Assembly: GCF_001194135.2 (NCBI RefSeq)
Contig: NC_068991.1
Location: 4,153,724 to 4,214,034, forward strand
Direction: 5' to 3'
Length of the DNA stretch: 60,311 nt
Source: Octopus bimaculoides
Lineage: Eukaryota
Part shown: one piece after another, positions 27,190 through 40,773 of the stretch
Layout of the letters: each line of letters opens with the position of its first letter
Numbering within the stretch: the first letter of the stretch is position 1
Made by a program: the position numbers and the translations under genes
Notes under the pieces: generated by a model
The model's input: the letters and a program-made list of their open reading frames with translations, nothing else
The model's database searches: none
What the model was told of the DNA's origin: nothing

Positions 27190-27545
27190 CTTATCTTTTA
27201 CTTGTTTCAGTCATTAGACTGTAGCCTTGTTGGGATACCAACTTGAAGAATTTAGGCAAACAAATTGACCCTAGTACTTTTTTTGAAGCCTTGTGTTTAT
27301 TCTATTAGATTCTTTTGTCAAATAACTAAGCTACAGGGACATAAACAAACAAACACCAATTGTCAAGTGGTGGTAGTGATGGTAGTACTGGGCAAACACA
27401 GACACAAAGACATGAATTATATATATGACAGACTTTCAGTTTCAGTCTAGCAAATCCACACTTGCTCAAGGAGTCACACTGTGGGACTGAACCCAGAGCC
27501 ATGTGGTTGAGAAGCAAACTGATTACCACAGAGCTATGCCTACAC
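27190..27545 (-). mobile_element. SINE family A copy
   Basis: Reverse complement of the family A 3' end (TCTTTTACTTGTTTCAGTCATT) and head (GTGGGACTGAACCC). Confidence 0.7.
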
Positions 27546-28167
27546 AGAAATATACATTCACACGCATACAAGTATGTCTAAGACTATATACACTTTCTTA
27601 TGTTAGAATGGTATTTGAAGGATATTTGGCTGCTATTTATAACAGACCCTATGACATTGTAGGAGCACACTCATAGCCCATGTTGTTGTTATTGTTTAAC
27701 CCCCAGTCAATCCTGATCATGTAGATTTAGAATAAAAGGCATTCAATCCATGACCATCCTGATTTTTTTTTCCAGCTAACCAGGCATGGTCTTGTGATCA
27801 AGACAGCTGTTTTGCAACTACATGGTTTCAGGTTTAATGCAACACCTTGGCAATGTCTTCTACTATACACCCTGGGGCCAAACAATGACATGTAAGTGAA
27901 TACTGTAGACAGAAACTGCATAAAACCTCTCATGAATGTATATGCATGCATTCATATCTACATGTATATGGCTCTCAACATCTGAGAACTTTTGGTTTAT
28001 TTACATCCTCATAACCTAGCAGTTTGGCAAAAATAAACTAATGTAATATGTAGCAGACTTTAAAAAAATAAGTACTGGAAGCTCGATTTGACTCAATCCG
28101 TCAAGGTGGCGCCCTAGCAGAGCAGGACTTCAATGGGTTAAATTAGTAAAAAGACTACAAGAATATA

Positions 28168-29401
28168 TCAGGTCATTAAGAATGAAATGTCCGATTTCTA
28201 ATACACCAAATTTGACAATTGTTAACTCTAATGTTTTATCCTGACAATTCTTTGTTTTACAATCACTTTTCGAAATGCAATTTCATGGTGTCTGATTTGT
28301 GAGTTTTCTCTTGTAAATCAATTTTTGTGAACCCATGGATAGATAAAAAATTGTGTTGTTTATGAATGAGACCTGTCATGGAACCAATGCATCTCAGACA
28401 ACTTGAAACATCAATGAAGTGTTTGGTGAAGATGTGGCGAATAAGCGCACTGTACATCAGTAGTTTGAGAATTTCCGGTCTGGTGACTTTACTTGTGAAA
28501 ATCAGTCCCACGGAAGACCTGAAATCAAGATGGATAATGATGTGCTGGAAACTGTAGTAAAAGCGGGTACATCTCAAACTATGCGTGAGTTAGCAGCAAG
28601 GCTTGAGGTTTCAATTCCAACTGTATTGGACCATCTGAAACAAATCGGCAAGGTAAAGAAGCTGGACAAGTGGGTATCACATGATCTGAACATGCATCAA
28701 ATGACATGTTGTCGTCAAACTTGCTGTTCTTTACTGTCATGGCATAAAAGCAAACCATTTTTGCATTGTATTGTTACACATGATGAAAAATGGATTCTTT
28801 TTAACAATAGCAAGTGTTCTGCATGGTAGTTGGATAGAGACAATCCAAAAAAGAATATTCACCAAAAAAAGCTAATGGTGTCTCTTTGGTGGTCCAGTGC
28901 TGATGCTATCTACTACAGCTTCAACCTGGTAAGTCAGTTACAGCAGATGTATACATCAATCAAGTAGATGAAATGATGAGTGAACTTGCAATTAAACAAC
29001 CGAGATTGGTCAATAGAGACAGGCCAATTTTCTTGCAAGTCAGTGCTCGACCACATGTTGCACAAAGAAAGCTACTCAAGTTATAGGAACTGAACTTCGA
29101 AGTACTCTGTCATTCATCATATTCACCAGACCTTGCACCAATTGACCATCATGCTTTCCAGACAACTTTTTGCAACAAAAAAACTTCAAATCTGAAGAAG
29201 ACACAAGAACAGCCTTTCGTGATTTCATCACCTCTTGCTCTCCAGAATTTTTTGCTGCTGGCGTAAATAAGCTACCAATAAAATGGCAAAACTGTGTTGA
29301 TAATTTAGGTGCATACTTTGGTTAACTGCATTGCTTTTTGTTGTGATAAAGTAAAATAAACTTTCAGTTCAAAATTGGACATTTCATTCTTAATGACCTG
29401 A
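28168..29401 (+). mobile_element. Near full-length defective mariner transposon
   Basis: Perfect 25-bp TIR TCAGGTCATTAAGAATGAAATGTCC / GGACATTTCATTCTTAATGACCTGA with TA on both sides. Motifs KKLDKWVSH, VTHDEKW and YSPDLAP are present, with stops and frameshifts. Confidence 0.95.
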
Positions 29402-29829
29402 TATATATGTTTACATTATTGAATTTATGTTTATTTTTAAAGAAGACACTAGAGCAGAATTTGAGGAAGAACTGACTAGTATGTCTGGCAAGTTATATAG
29501 CTGCATAAAGGCTCTCTTGTTAATTCACCTATGTTTATATTTCACAACTATGCCACATCACAATTCTTACCTAAATTAATTTAAGCTAGTTCAATAACAC
29601 AACTAAATTAGTGATGGGAATGAAAGTAGCAGGAATGCAGTTTCTATTAGCACAAAACAAATGGAAGCAGTTTAAAGCACTGTTCTCTTTCCTACAGTAC
29701 TAATGGACATAAAAGCTGACAGACAGAGAATCTGCTGTAAATAAAGAGTAATGTACACACTTAGACATAAGAGCAAGTCTCAATATAGCTATATCTAAAA
29801 AGAGGTAAGATAGAAATTGCATAACTAAG

Positions 29830-30380
29830 AACTGGCACTCTGTCAGTTACACCAACAAGGGTTCAGTTGATCCAATCAACAGAACAGCCTGCTCATGAAA
29901 TTGATATGCAAGTGGCTGAGCACTCCGCAGACACACATATGCTTAACCCTTTTGATACCAACCCGGCCGAAACCGCCTCTGGCTCTGTAGTACAAATGTC
30001 TTGTTTTCATAAGTTTTGAATTAAAATCTTCCACCAAATCTGAGTCACAATTTATGTTTCTAACACTACTTGAATGATAACTAAGTTATTTTACTAAATT
30101 CTTTGTTATATTCAAAGTAATTGAAAGAAACACAGAGCATCTCAAAAGAAATATGGTAACAAAAGGGTTAATGTAGTTCTCAGAGAGAATCAGTACGACA
30201 AAGAATGTGACAAGGCTGGCCCTTTGAAATACAGGTATAACTCATTTTTGTCAGCTGAATGGACTGGAGCAACATGAAATAAAGCATCTTGCTCAAGAAC
30301 ATAACACATTACCGGGAGTTAAGCTTGCGACCTTACGCTTGTGAGCTGAATACCCTAATCACTAAGCCACATGCCTCCAT
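29830..30380 (-). mobile_element. SINE family D copy split by a MITE
   Basis: The sequence on both sides of the TTAA MITE is a continuous reverse SINE ending ...GAATACCCTAATCACTAAGCCACATGCCTCC, which is the reverse of the head at 23406. Confidence 0.6.
29947..30167. mobile_element. piggyBac-type MITE with TTAA TSD
   Basis: TTAA at 29943-29946 and at 30168-30171. TIR CCCTTTTGATACCA / TGGTAACAAAAGGG matches at 13 of 14 positions. Confidence 0.9.
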
Positions 30381-30749
30381 AACTATTTATATAGTGATTT
30401 AATGGATAAAATAAAACAATGACCAAAGGGTTTTGGGGGAATCACTAAGTAGATTTACACTGAATATTCATTTATTGGTGTTAAAAAATTTAAAATGTTC
30501 CAAGCATAGATAACTCTTAGATGACATCCTCACAAGAAAACAATAATGAAGTTAGTGTAATTTTGTGTATGGTAAGGTGTATGCTTTGCTGAAGAGGTCT
30601 AGTAAGGCAAAAACATGACACAAGTTTACCATATTTACTGAAAACATTGGTCCAATGGCAGACATGTTAGTTTTACTTCACTACACTTTTTAATGCTTCT
30701 TTAGGCTTTTTCTGTGGAACTGTTAATACTGCTCCTTTTTCATATAGAT

Positions 30750-31420
30750 GGTGTGGCTGTGAAGTTAGGAAGTCTCACCACATGGCACCTTGCATAAGTG
30801 TCTTCTACTACAGTCTTAGGCCAACTAAAGTCTTATAAGTGGATTTGCTAGACAGAAACTGAAAGCAGCCTATCGTGTATATGTATATCATCAACAACAT
30901 TTAACACCCGCTTTCAATTCTGGCATGGGTTGGATGGCTTGACAGCACTCAGCAAGCTGTAAGGCCACATCAAGCTCTGATGTCAGTTTTAGTATGGTTT
31001 CTATGGTTGGATGCCCTTCCTAATGCCAACCACTTTACAGAGTCTACTGGGTGCTTTTTGTGACACCAGTAAACAACTTGGAAGGCAAGGAAAGAACAGG
31101 AAGAAGGGAAAAGGGAGACAAGAAAAGAACAAAAAAGAAAAAGCCTCATTGACGAATGTGGTGGGGCAATATTTAAGTGCAATGATTCCAAACCAAGTGT
31201 AAGTGTATGTATGTGTTCTATCGATATCATGTGACTGTTGTAAATGAATGTCATTCATTTCCAATATTCTGCAAAAACATGTCTGGCTATAAGGAGAAGC
31301 ATTACTTTGCTTGGAAACAGGTAAGGATTGGTGATAGGTTGGAGATCCAGTCATTGGAAATCTGTCTCAATAAACTCCAGCCAACCCATGCAAGCATGGA
31401 AAAGTGGACATTATGATGAT
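30750..31420 (+). mobile_element. SINE family A with an embedded reverse family C-like segment
   Basis: The head and GACAGAAACTGAAAGCAG body are interrupted at about 30890 by CATCAACAACATTTAACACCCGC...GGATGCCCTTCCTAATGCCAACC. Confidence 0.6.
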
Positions 31421-32553
31421 GATAATGATGGTCTTGATGAAATGAAGAGAAAAAATCTTGCAATCTGATGATGCAGGAAGTAGGGATATTTTTACACACT
31501 TGAGCAAAGTAATTTACGTCTTCATTGACCTAGAGTAAAAGTAGGTCCCCAATCTAACTAATATAAAAGAGGGACATCCAATAGGAAAACATCTGCTACA
31601 AGGATACAAATACACTAACATGTAATGTGTAAAAAACCCCATGTAAATCATGCTGACATGGAAGAATATAAAATGATAAAATATAAAATAGTAATAGCAG
31701 GCTTTCCACACCACAACGAAAGACAGAGAGCATAAGCAATGTTATGGTAGGTAATTAACAAATCTATTCATGGGCGCCTAAATGAGAAGGAATACCTCTG
31801 AAGTTAAAACAAACAATTATTAGCATAAGTTTCTACAAAAATGATGAAACACAAACATTTTAAAATTACATGTACAATGTCACAACTGTAAGCAGCATAT
31901 GGTGAGAAACACAACCATAATATTTATAAACTACAGCCAGTGATTTGAATTAACCATGTTAGGTTTATGTAAACCACATAAAACATTGGAGCCAACAAAA
32001 GAGCATTTAAATGGTCAACCGACTTACTAGAAATAGTAAGCAAATTTCTCTTAACCCTTTTAATAGGAATCTGTCTGAGAGTTACTCCTATGTCTTCTGT
32101 CTGTTGGCTCAGTTTGAAGAATCTTTCTTGCAATCCTTTCCTACAACGTTCTAGCTACATAGGTGTTAATTTAGATCATTTTAAAACAAGGAAGTTTGCT
32201 CATACAAAAAGAAAAATAAATAAAATAATGAAAATGGATGGTCAAAGCTGAAATCTCTTTTAACCCTAGGTCTGCACAAATAGGAATGACCTGAGGCTAA
32301 TTAATGAACCAGACATCATGGGAAGTTTACTTCCCACCCACAGGATTTGGGATCCAGTCTTACTACATGACACTTTGGACAAGTGTGTGCCACTATAACC
32401 CTGGGGTCATAGTGGATTTGGTAAATAAATATCATATGGATTTAAGTTTAGTACTACTGTGAAGCACCTTAGGCAAGTGTCTTCTATTAGAGCTCTGGAT
32501 TGACGAAAGTTTTGCGAATGGATTTGGTAGATGGAAACTGAAAAAAGCTCATT

Positions 32554-33050
32554 GTGAGTGAGTGAGAGTGTGACCGTGTGTGAGTGCATGCAAGTGAGTG
32601 AGTGTGACTGTGTGTGAGTGCATGCAAGTGAGTGAGTGAGTGAGTGTGTGCGAGTGAATGTGCACATGTGTGAGTGAGTGTGTGTGAGAGTGAGTGTGTG
32701 TGAGAGTGTATGTGTGAGTGTGTGTGTGAGAGAGAGTGTGTGTGTGTGAGTGTGTGTGTGAGAGTGAGTGTGTGTGTGTGAGGATGTGTGAGAGTGAGTG
32801 TGTGTGTGTGAGAGTATGTGTGTGTGTGTGTGAGAGTATGTGTGTGTGAGAGTGAGTGTGTGTGTGAGAGTGAGAGTGAGTGTGTGAGTGAGTGCGAGCG
32901 TGTGTGTAAGTGGCACAAGTGTGTGTGTAAGCGGCATGAGTGTGTGTGTAAGTGGCACGAGCGTGTGTGTAAGTGGCGCTAGCGTGTAAGTGGTGTGAGC
33001 ATATGTGCAAGTGGTGCAAGCACGTGTGTAAGTGGCATGAGCATGTGTGT
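32554..33050. repeat. Compound (TG)/(TGAG) microsatellite grading into a ~20-bp GTGTGTAAGTGGCATGAGC minisatellite
   Basis: Seen directly. It lies inside a family A SINE and explains the THTHT ORFs. Confidence 0.9.
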
Positions 33051-34225
33051 CACAGTCATACAAGCAGTGTCATTCATTTCCAATGTTCTGCAATAACATG
33101 TCTAGCCACAGGGAAAATACAATAAAGCAAAAAACAAAAAAAGAGAACAGAAGAGATAAAAGAGAAAAATGAAAAGCCAACCAAAGAAATTATGAATATA
33201 TCGGCAACACCAGACCATTAGAATTAAGTATCGCTATTATAATTTAATAGAAACATGAACAAGCCTATAACAGCATTGCTAATGTAGCAAGAAATTGTCT
33301 AAGAGAACCAATACAAATATCATGGAAATGGTTTTAATCATGAATATAGAGAATAAAATGGAACAGTGTTGTGATGAAAGAAAGAAATTGGTAACAGAAG
33401 ACATAATACTATAGAAGAATTAAATGGTTAATCATCATCAACATTGTTTTTTTAACATCCACTTTTTCCATACTTGAATACATTAGATAGAATTCATTGA
33501 GATAGATTTTCTACAGCCTGATGTCCTACTTGCAACCAACTCTCAACTGTTTCCAAACAAGGTAATATTTTCCCATGGTTAGATAAGTTTCTCTTGAAGA
33601 CTGGAAACAAATGACACAGCTTGTATGATGATAGCTTTTGTTTAAAACTATCCTGCAATGTCAAGACAAGGTGACATGTACGCACACGCATATGCACACA
33701 CACACACACAGGGCTTTTCTCAGTTTTTGTTTAGCAAATCTGGGGCTATAATAGAAGACATTTGCCCAAGGTGCCATTCAGTAGAACTGAACCCAAAACT
33801 ATGAAGTTGGGGAGCCATGCCTGCACCTGGTTAATTGTAATAAAAAAAAGCCAATTGTTTTTTTTCAGAAAAATATAGTCTTGTGAAACTTTATTTTTTG
33901 AATAGGGTTGGTTAAACAAATTAAGTTGGAATTAAGTTGATATAAGACAATATGCCTTTTTCTTTTTAGCAATTTAATAAACAAAAATGTTAATTTTCAT
34001 ATAATCAATTGGTTGAACAAAATTGGTAATTGAGACAACTTTACAACAGCAGATAGACATAGGGCTTTGCTGTGTGGTTAAGAAGTTTCTTTTGCAGCCA
34101 CATGGTCTTCAGTTCAGTCCCACTGTGCAGGACTTTGAGCAACTACATGTCTTCTACTACAGCACTAGGGCTGACCAATGTCTTGTGAATGGAATTGGTA
34201 GCCAGAAACTCTGTGGAAGTCCAGT

Positions 34226-34560
34226 ATCATCATCATCATTTAACGTCCACTTTCCATGCTAGCATGGGTTGGACGATTTGACTGAGGACTGGTGAAACCA
34301 GATGGCTACACCAGGCTCCAATCTGATTTGGCAGAGTTTCTACAGCTGGATGCCCTTCCTAACGCTAACCACTCCGAGAGTGTAGTGGGTGCTTTTACGT
34401 GCCACCGGCACAAAGGCCAGTCAGGCGGTATAGCAACGGCCACTCTCAAAACGGTGTATTTTACATGCCACCCGCACAAGAGCCAGTCCAGGGGCACTGG
34501 CAACGATCTCGCTCGAAAGTCCTTACACATGCCACGGGCACAAGTGCCAGAAAGGCAACG
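34226..34560 (-). mobile_element. Young retroposon family C copy
   Basis: Reverse complement of 10304-10529, longer at its 5' end. The (ATC)n tail is at 34226 and CpGs are retained. Confidence 0.85.
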
Positions 34561-35834
34561 CTAAAATATTTTGAGTATTGTAGAAGTACAACCAATTTAT
34601 TGTACATAAATTTTAATAAAATCTTATATGGACCCCCAAAGGTCATTTGGACCCCTAAGGGTTATATGGACTCCTAGTTATATGGACTCCAGTGCTCTAG
34701 GGCTTTAGTTATCTGAGCAAAATAGTGATATGACAGTTACATTCCTTCTGAACATTATGACTGATTACATTGTGCCTTCAAAAACCAGTGGAATTATAAT
34801 TACTTTGAAAACAGCTAAGTATTGACAACAGGAAGGGCATCTGGTCAAGTTTTTTCTGCTACTGCTTTGTGTGAATCAATGCCTTGCAAGTGAAATCAGC
34901 ATGGAAACATGTTGCAAGCGTGAGTGTGTATATGTGTCTGCATGAAAGTTGCTTCTTGCATGAGAATGTCAGAGCAAATAAATAATGTTGTCATGTTTAC
35001 GATCCTGGTGAAGGTTAAACCTCATAGCTCTCCACTCTTAAAGTAGCAGAATAAAAAATAAAAAACATCCCTAACAGGTAAGAATTGGCAATACAAGAAG
35101 CATCTGGCTGTTAAAATACTACTTCATACAAGCGCCTATATGCACCTACCTAACCTATACCAGCACAGAAATATACAAAACAAAGCAACTAAAATACACA
35201 CAGAGACACACACACACACATATATATATATATCAAATAACATGAAGTTGCTAGACAAAAATCAGTAAACATTTTTCATCTATATTATATTACATAAGGG
35301 ATATCCCAGCTGCTTACCAGTCAAAACAAGGTCAGTATTTTGTTTACAATACACATATCAATAAATATTGTTTATATAATTACATATAATGAAATCGTTA
35401 CTATTCATCTAAATATATATCTTTATTGCAGTGTTACCAAATACTAAGATTATACATACATACACACACACAAACAAACAGACAATTATTCTTATCCATT
35501 TGATAGGTCATTTTCTTTCTGCTATTGATTTTAATTTTAGAAAAGAAGGAATCAATTTTCAATCTAGGCCTTAGCATGAATGATTCAAATCTATACAATG
35601 TATTGTATGTTATTTCTTTCTCCATCCTCATCATTTCTAGACCTGTTTCAATATGGGTACAATCTCAGTAATAAAGTATATTTATAATATTAGTGAATTT
35701 AAGTCACGGTTACACTGTTCAAAGTTATGTGTAAACCATGATCAGACAGGTAAAAATGAATGAAACAGAGCAGAGAAATAAGCTTGGTCATCATTCAGTG
35801 AAGTTTTTTTTTTTTCCTCCAAAGAAAAACACAT

Positions 35835-36135
35835 TTTATTGATTTCAGTCATTGGACTGCAGTCATGTTAGAGTACACAGACTTCAAGCATTTTAGTCAA
35901 TCACACAATCTGACATACAATTTAATGATATCCGTTTATCGAACTGCGAATATACAAAACATCATCCACACAACCACACATTCACGGGCTTCTGTACAGT
36001 TTCCATCTACCAATTTCGACGAGGTATTGATCAATTTATAGCTATAGTAGAAAACACTTGCCTAAGATGCCACACAATAGGGTTGAACCCGGAACCACGT
36101 GGTTGCGAAGTAAACTTTTTAACCACATAGCCATA
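35835..36135 (-). mobile_element. SINE family A copy
   Basis: GATTTCAGTCATTGGACTGC at the 3' end and GGGTTGAACCCGGAACCACGTGGTTG as the reverse head. Confidence 0.65.
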
Positions 36136-36261
36136 CACCCTTTCTCTGGGTATGCTTGTGTTCATGTGAATGTAGATGCGTATGTACTTGCGTAAAAACC
36201 ATCCACATACATAATTGTAGATTTTCTAGCAAGTTTTTTAAAGTTTTATGGATCTTCATCA

Positions 36262-37790
36262 TCTATATATATAAAAATGAGAATGTCTGTCTGTCTGTCT
36301 GTCTGTCTGTGTGAATCCCTAAAACTCGAGAACTACGCAACCAATTTCATTCAAATTTTACACATGCCTTACTTAGGGTTCCAGTTGGGTTTTAGTCAAA
36401 AAAAATTATTAACTTCTTGCAGAGTTCGAGCACACGGCAACATAATATCTCCTCCATTATTTAAGTATTACGTATCAAAAGTGAAACAAAAACACTCATG
36501 TCAAATACTTTCACTTTAAAAATGAAACTATTCCACTAACTGAAACAATCACATTTCAATACTGTAGTGACAGATACTTTCACAGAGAGAGAAAGAGAGA
36601 GATGAATATGTATACATATACATGTATATGNNNNNNNNNNNNNNNNNNNNNNNNNNNNNNNNNNNNNNNNNNNNNNNNNNNNNNNNNNNNNNNNNNNNNN
36701 NNNNNNNNNNNNNNNNNNNNNNNNNNNNNNNNNNNNNNNNNNNNNNNNNNNNNNNNNNNNNNNNNNNNNNNNNNNNNNNNNNNNNNNNNNNNNNNNNNNN
36801 NNNNNNNNNNNNNNNNNNNNNNNNNNNNNNNNNNNNNNNNNNNNNNNNNNNNNNNNNNNNNNNNNNNNNNNNNNNNNNNNNNNNNNNNNNNNNNNNNNNN
36901 NNNNNNNNNNNNNNNNNNNNNNNNNNNNNNNNNNNNNNNNNNNNNNNNNNNNNNNNNNNNNNNNNNNNNNNNNNNNNNNNNNNNNNNNNNNNNNNNNNNN
37001 NNNNNNNNNNNNNNNNNNNNNNNNNNNNNNNNNNNNNNNNNNNNNNNNNNNNNNNNNNNNNNNNNNNNNNNNNNNNNNNNNNNNNNNNNNNNNNNNNNNN
37101 NNNNNNNNNNNNNNNNNNNNNNNNNNNNNNNNNNNNNNNNNNNNNNNNNNNNNNNNNNNNNNNNNNNNNNNNNNNNNNNNNNNNNNNNNNNNNNNNNNNN
37201 NNNNNNNNNNNNNNNNNNNNNNNNNNNNNNNNNNNNNNNNNNNNNNNNNNNNNNNNNNNNNNNNNNNNNNNNNNNNNNNNNNNNNNNNNNNNNNNNNNNN
37301 NNNNNNNNNNNNNNNNNNNNNNNNNNNNNNNNNNNNNNNNNNNNNNNNNNNNNNNNNNNNNNNNNNNNNNNNNNNNNNNNNNNNNNNNNNNNNNNNNNNN
37401 NNNNNNNNNNNNNNNNNNNNNNNNNNNNNNNNNNNNNNNNNGGTCTTCTCTTGGAAGAGCCCTGCTTCTCACATGGACAACTGTATGTTGGCTGCTCAAG
37501 AGTGGGCAGCAACAAAAAACCTATTTGTATATGCTCCACAAGGGAAAACAAAGAACATAGTTTACAATGAGGTGTTATAATCACAACAGCAAGAAAGTAT
37601 GTACATGATCACCTTCTTTTACGAAACTTCATTGACTTTCATATATTTATATTGATATACATATATATACGCGTGTTTGGGTGCGTGTGTTTATATACAT
37701 CTCTATATATAAAGATGATGCGTAGTCGAGACGGCGTTTTTAGATTTCATTATTCTCTTTAACCCGGGCAACGCCGGGTATTTCTGCTAG
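36262..37790 (+). mobile_element. Helitron (probably non-autonomous), spanning an 811-N gap
   Basis: 5' A|TCTATATATATAAAAATGAGAATGTCTGTCTG. 3' GC-rich hairpin CCCGGGCAACGCCGGG (37763-37778) followed by CTAG|T (37787-37791). A helicase remnant lies inside. Confidence 0.85.
37442..37580 (+). pseudogene. Helitron RepHel PIF1-like helicase C-terminus, one frameshift
   Basis: GLLLEEPCFSHGQLYVGCSRVG contains the SF1 helicase FSHGQLYVAxSRV motif. Removing one A restores NKNLFVYAPQGKTKNIVYNEVL*. Confidence 0.9.
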
Positions 37791-38290
37791 TATTAACTAT
37801 AAAACCTTACGATTTTGCTAAATTTGTAGCGTTTTAAATGTTCTAAACTGATTCTGAAGATTTCGTCTCCCTAATTAAATTGATTATACATTGCCATTGG
37901 TTAAGCCAGGCTCCGACTGACGTCAAATTTTTCACGGCTAGCAGATGTAAAGAGTTGAGCGTGGGCAGTGGCAAAGCAAGGTTTCTCAGCGCCACTCTTC
38001 CTATCTTAATTATCAGGAATCATAGGCGAGGGAGAAAACTTGGCACCCCTTAACACCTGCACTAGAGGACGACTGTCCGCCCTCTCTCCGTCTTGCTGTC
38101 TCAGGATTTGTCTTTAGTATGGGAATAGCCTACATAAATGTTCATACAGAGCATGCCTATAATTTGCAGTCTTAGTTGCACCATAACAATAATGTCCGAA
38201 AACTCTGAATGCTTAAACAGAAAATAGAAATGTGAAAATATAACGGAGGTCGAGTTTGTACTCGTACAGTTTGTTATTATTATCATTATT

Positions 38291-38720
38291 AAGGGGACGA
38301 GCTGACAGAGTCGCTAGCACGCCGGCCAAAATGCTTAGCGGTATTTCGTCCGTCTTTACGTTCCGAGTTCAAATTCCACTGAGATCGACTTTGCCTTTCA
38401 TCCATTCGAGGTCGATAAAAAATAGTACCAGTTGAGCAATGGGGTCAATGCAATCGACTTATCTCCTTCCCCTTGTACCAAAATTTGAAACCCCTTATTA
38501 TTATTATTATTATTTAAAGGGGCAGACTGGCAGAATCAGAGCGTCGAAGAAAATGCATCGCGGCTCTTTACATTACTGGTTCAAATATTGCCACAGTCGA
38601 CTTCGCCTTTCATCCTTTCGGAGGGTCGATGAAATAAATACCAGTTGAACACCGGAGTCGATGTAATCGACTTAGCACCTCCTCGCAAAAATTCCAGGCT
38701 TCGTGCCTGGAAAGGCTCCT
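38291..38720 (+). mobile_element. Two tandem SINE family B copies separated by a (TTA)n tail
   Basis: The heads AAGGGGACGAGCTGACAGAGTCG (38291) and AAGGGGCAGACTGGCAGAATC (about 38517) are each followed by the family B body. Confidence 0.75.
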
Positions 38721-40720
38721 TTTTTTTTAAAGAAAAAACCTTGCTGTATAATTTTAAATATTATGCGGACAGCTTATTAAAACATACTGAATTACCAAAA
38801 TACATACAAGTCACCAAAATAAGACTAAAAGATTAATCCAATAAAAGTGACACAGCTATGAATTTCATTCAGTACAGAGGAACTCGTTCTATGCACCTTA
38901 CAATTCGTCCCTGACATCAAAAAAGGATGTTCTCTAGCCCCCTGATGTAAATCTATTAAGCTTACGGTGAAAAACAAATCAAAATTAAACATGAAAGACA
39001 CACAATGAAAAGGAACCCAACAGTTCATCCAGGCACCTTTAATTAAGAAAACATTTCCCACACAACGAAGAGAAACTTAAATTACGTGAAAAGAAGCATT
39101 AACATCCTGTTAAAGGCACAACATATTTGACAGCCTCCAAATGAATAACAAAACCGCAAAAATAAAACTGTTTACTGCTAGATAAAGACGTAAATACGCA
39201 GGCTACACAATATTAAGCTCAAGATCGATGCCAGCTCGGTGTATTGTTTAAAATATTAGCTGTAGCCACCCACTCACTCAATTCATATAAAAATGACAAA
39301 CAGGACCTAAGCCAAACCATATATATTTCGTGGGTGCAACGTTACCCAGAAGGAAATGGAGCAGGAAAAATTAACTCAAACTCGAGCAGTGATCATTACT
39401 ATGTGCAATAACGGAAATATTATTTCTCCGGAATAATAAAACGCTATTGTTTCTCTGGACATGTATTACAGCACATTACTAATATAAGCTTAGTTTTTTT
39501 TTAATGGACAATGCACAAAAATAAGGAACGATTATAACCACATACGATTCTTTTATTCTCTTCCTCTCATAAGTACTTAACCAGGAAAAAAAAAAAGCAC
39601 CTTGTACTTGTGGGGGTGTTAGCAAAAAAGGAATACAAATGTAACGAAGGATCCGAGCGAACTTTCTGGAAAGTGTATCATCAACATCACCAAGCGGGCA
39701 GATTTCGCAGGCTGGTTCCCTGACTCATCCCCTACTTACATGTGGATGTGTGCACGGAAGCATATGCACATATAATTAAGATATATATATATATGGCATG
39801 TTTATTATTAACTAAACATTACAAAATGATCGATCGACAAGATTAACGTGCAGGCCGAGTTATTAACGGAAATGATCGCAATAAAATAAGAGAAAATTAC
39901 TGAGATGATAAAAAAAAAAAAAGCATCCCCCGTTTCCTTTCCGAAAAAGGTGTTACTCTTATTCCAACTCCTGTTTTTTATTCACTTCGACGACACTGGA
40001 CAGACAATTAATTGCAATGACGAGGAAAACATTTGAATTAATTATTAAAAATACCCAACGTAGAAAGAAGAAAAAAACAGGCTGTGCGTTTTCATTTTGC
40101 TTGTGTTTAATTATATGATGATAAATGTCAAAGAAGAACTGCAGACGAAATTTTAACAATGAATCTGAAATGACTGTCAGATGTCGTTAGTTTCTTGTTG
40201 AAGAGATGCGATTCCTAAGAGAAAAGCGATGGAAATAATTAACGTTACCATATTGAATCATTATTATTATTATTAATATCAATGTCTGCGTCTAATATAT
40301 ATCGTTAAAGCTGGTGATTCACTTCGTCATAACTCCGAGTTTCTCGCTGTTGCCAGTTCCAATCTGGTTAAACGTCGGTACAAGAGCGAGAAACTTGGAG
40401 TAGCAGCATAGTAAACCGTAAGATTCGAATGAACAAACTATCAGATTTGAGTGCTCTGACTCCCGTCTGTACAACGTGCGTACGAGTGCCGATTTATTCC
40501 TGGGTTTAGATACGCAATAGCGTGCATGCATTAATGTAAACAAGCGATACACACGAAAATATACAGTTGTCAGTTCATTCAGGCTGAATAAGAGCAAGAA
40601 ACTTGAAGTAACAACATAATGAACCATTAGCTTCAACCGAACAAACTACTATCCTTGAGCATTCTACCTCCTGTTTGAACAGTGTATGTGTGTGTGTATA
40701 TATAAATATCTATCTATATA

Positions 40721-40773
<53 letters not shown>

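Noticed and set aside
29443-29478. 36-nt plus-strand exon-like segment (EDTRAEFEEELT) between TTTTAAAG and GTATGT
   Set aside because: It is too short to distinguish from chance, and no partner exons were found on the plus strand. RNA-seq would be needed.
32020-32145. Exon-like minus-strand segment KGLQERFFKLSQQ...KRVKRNLLTIS followed by GTAAGT
   Set aside because: It overlaps a TTAACCCTTTT... MITE-like remnant, has a poor polypyrimidine tract, and matches no protein I recognise.
32407-33063. His/Thr-rich ORFs up to 218 aa
   Set aside because: They are read-throughs of a (CA)/(CTCA) microsatellite inside a SINE.
33180-33340. Possible GIY-YIG remnant (EYIGNT...ISWK)
   Set aside because: It is a single short motif with stops, which is insufficient support.
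36549-37584. ORFs over 300 aa across the gap
   Set aside because: They are mostly N. Only 37442-37580 carries real (Helitron helicase) signal.
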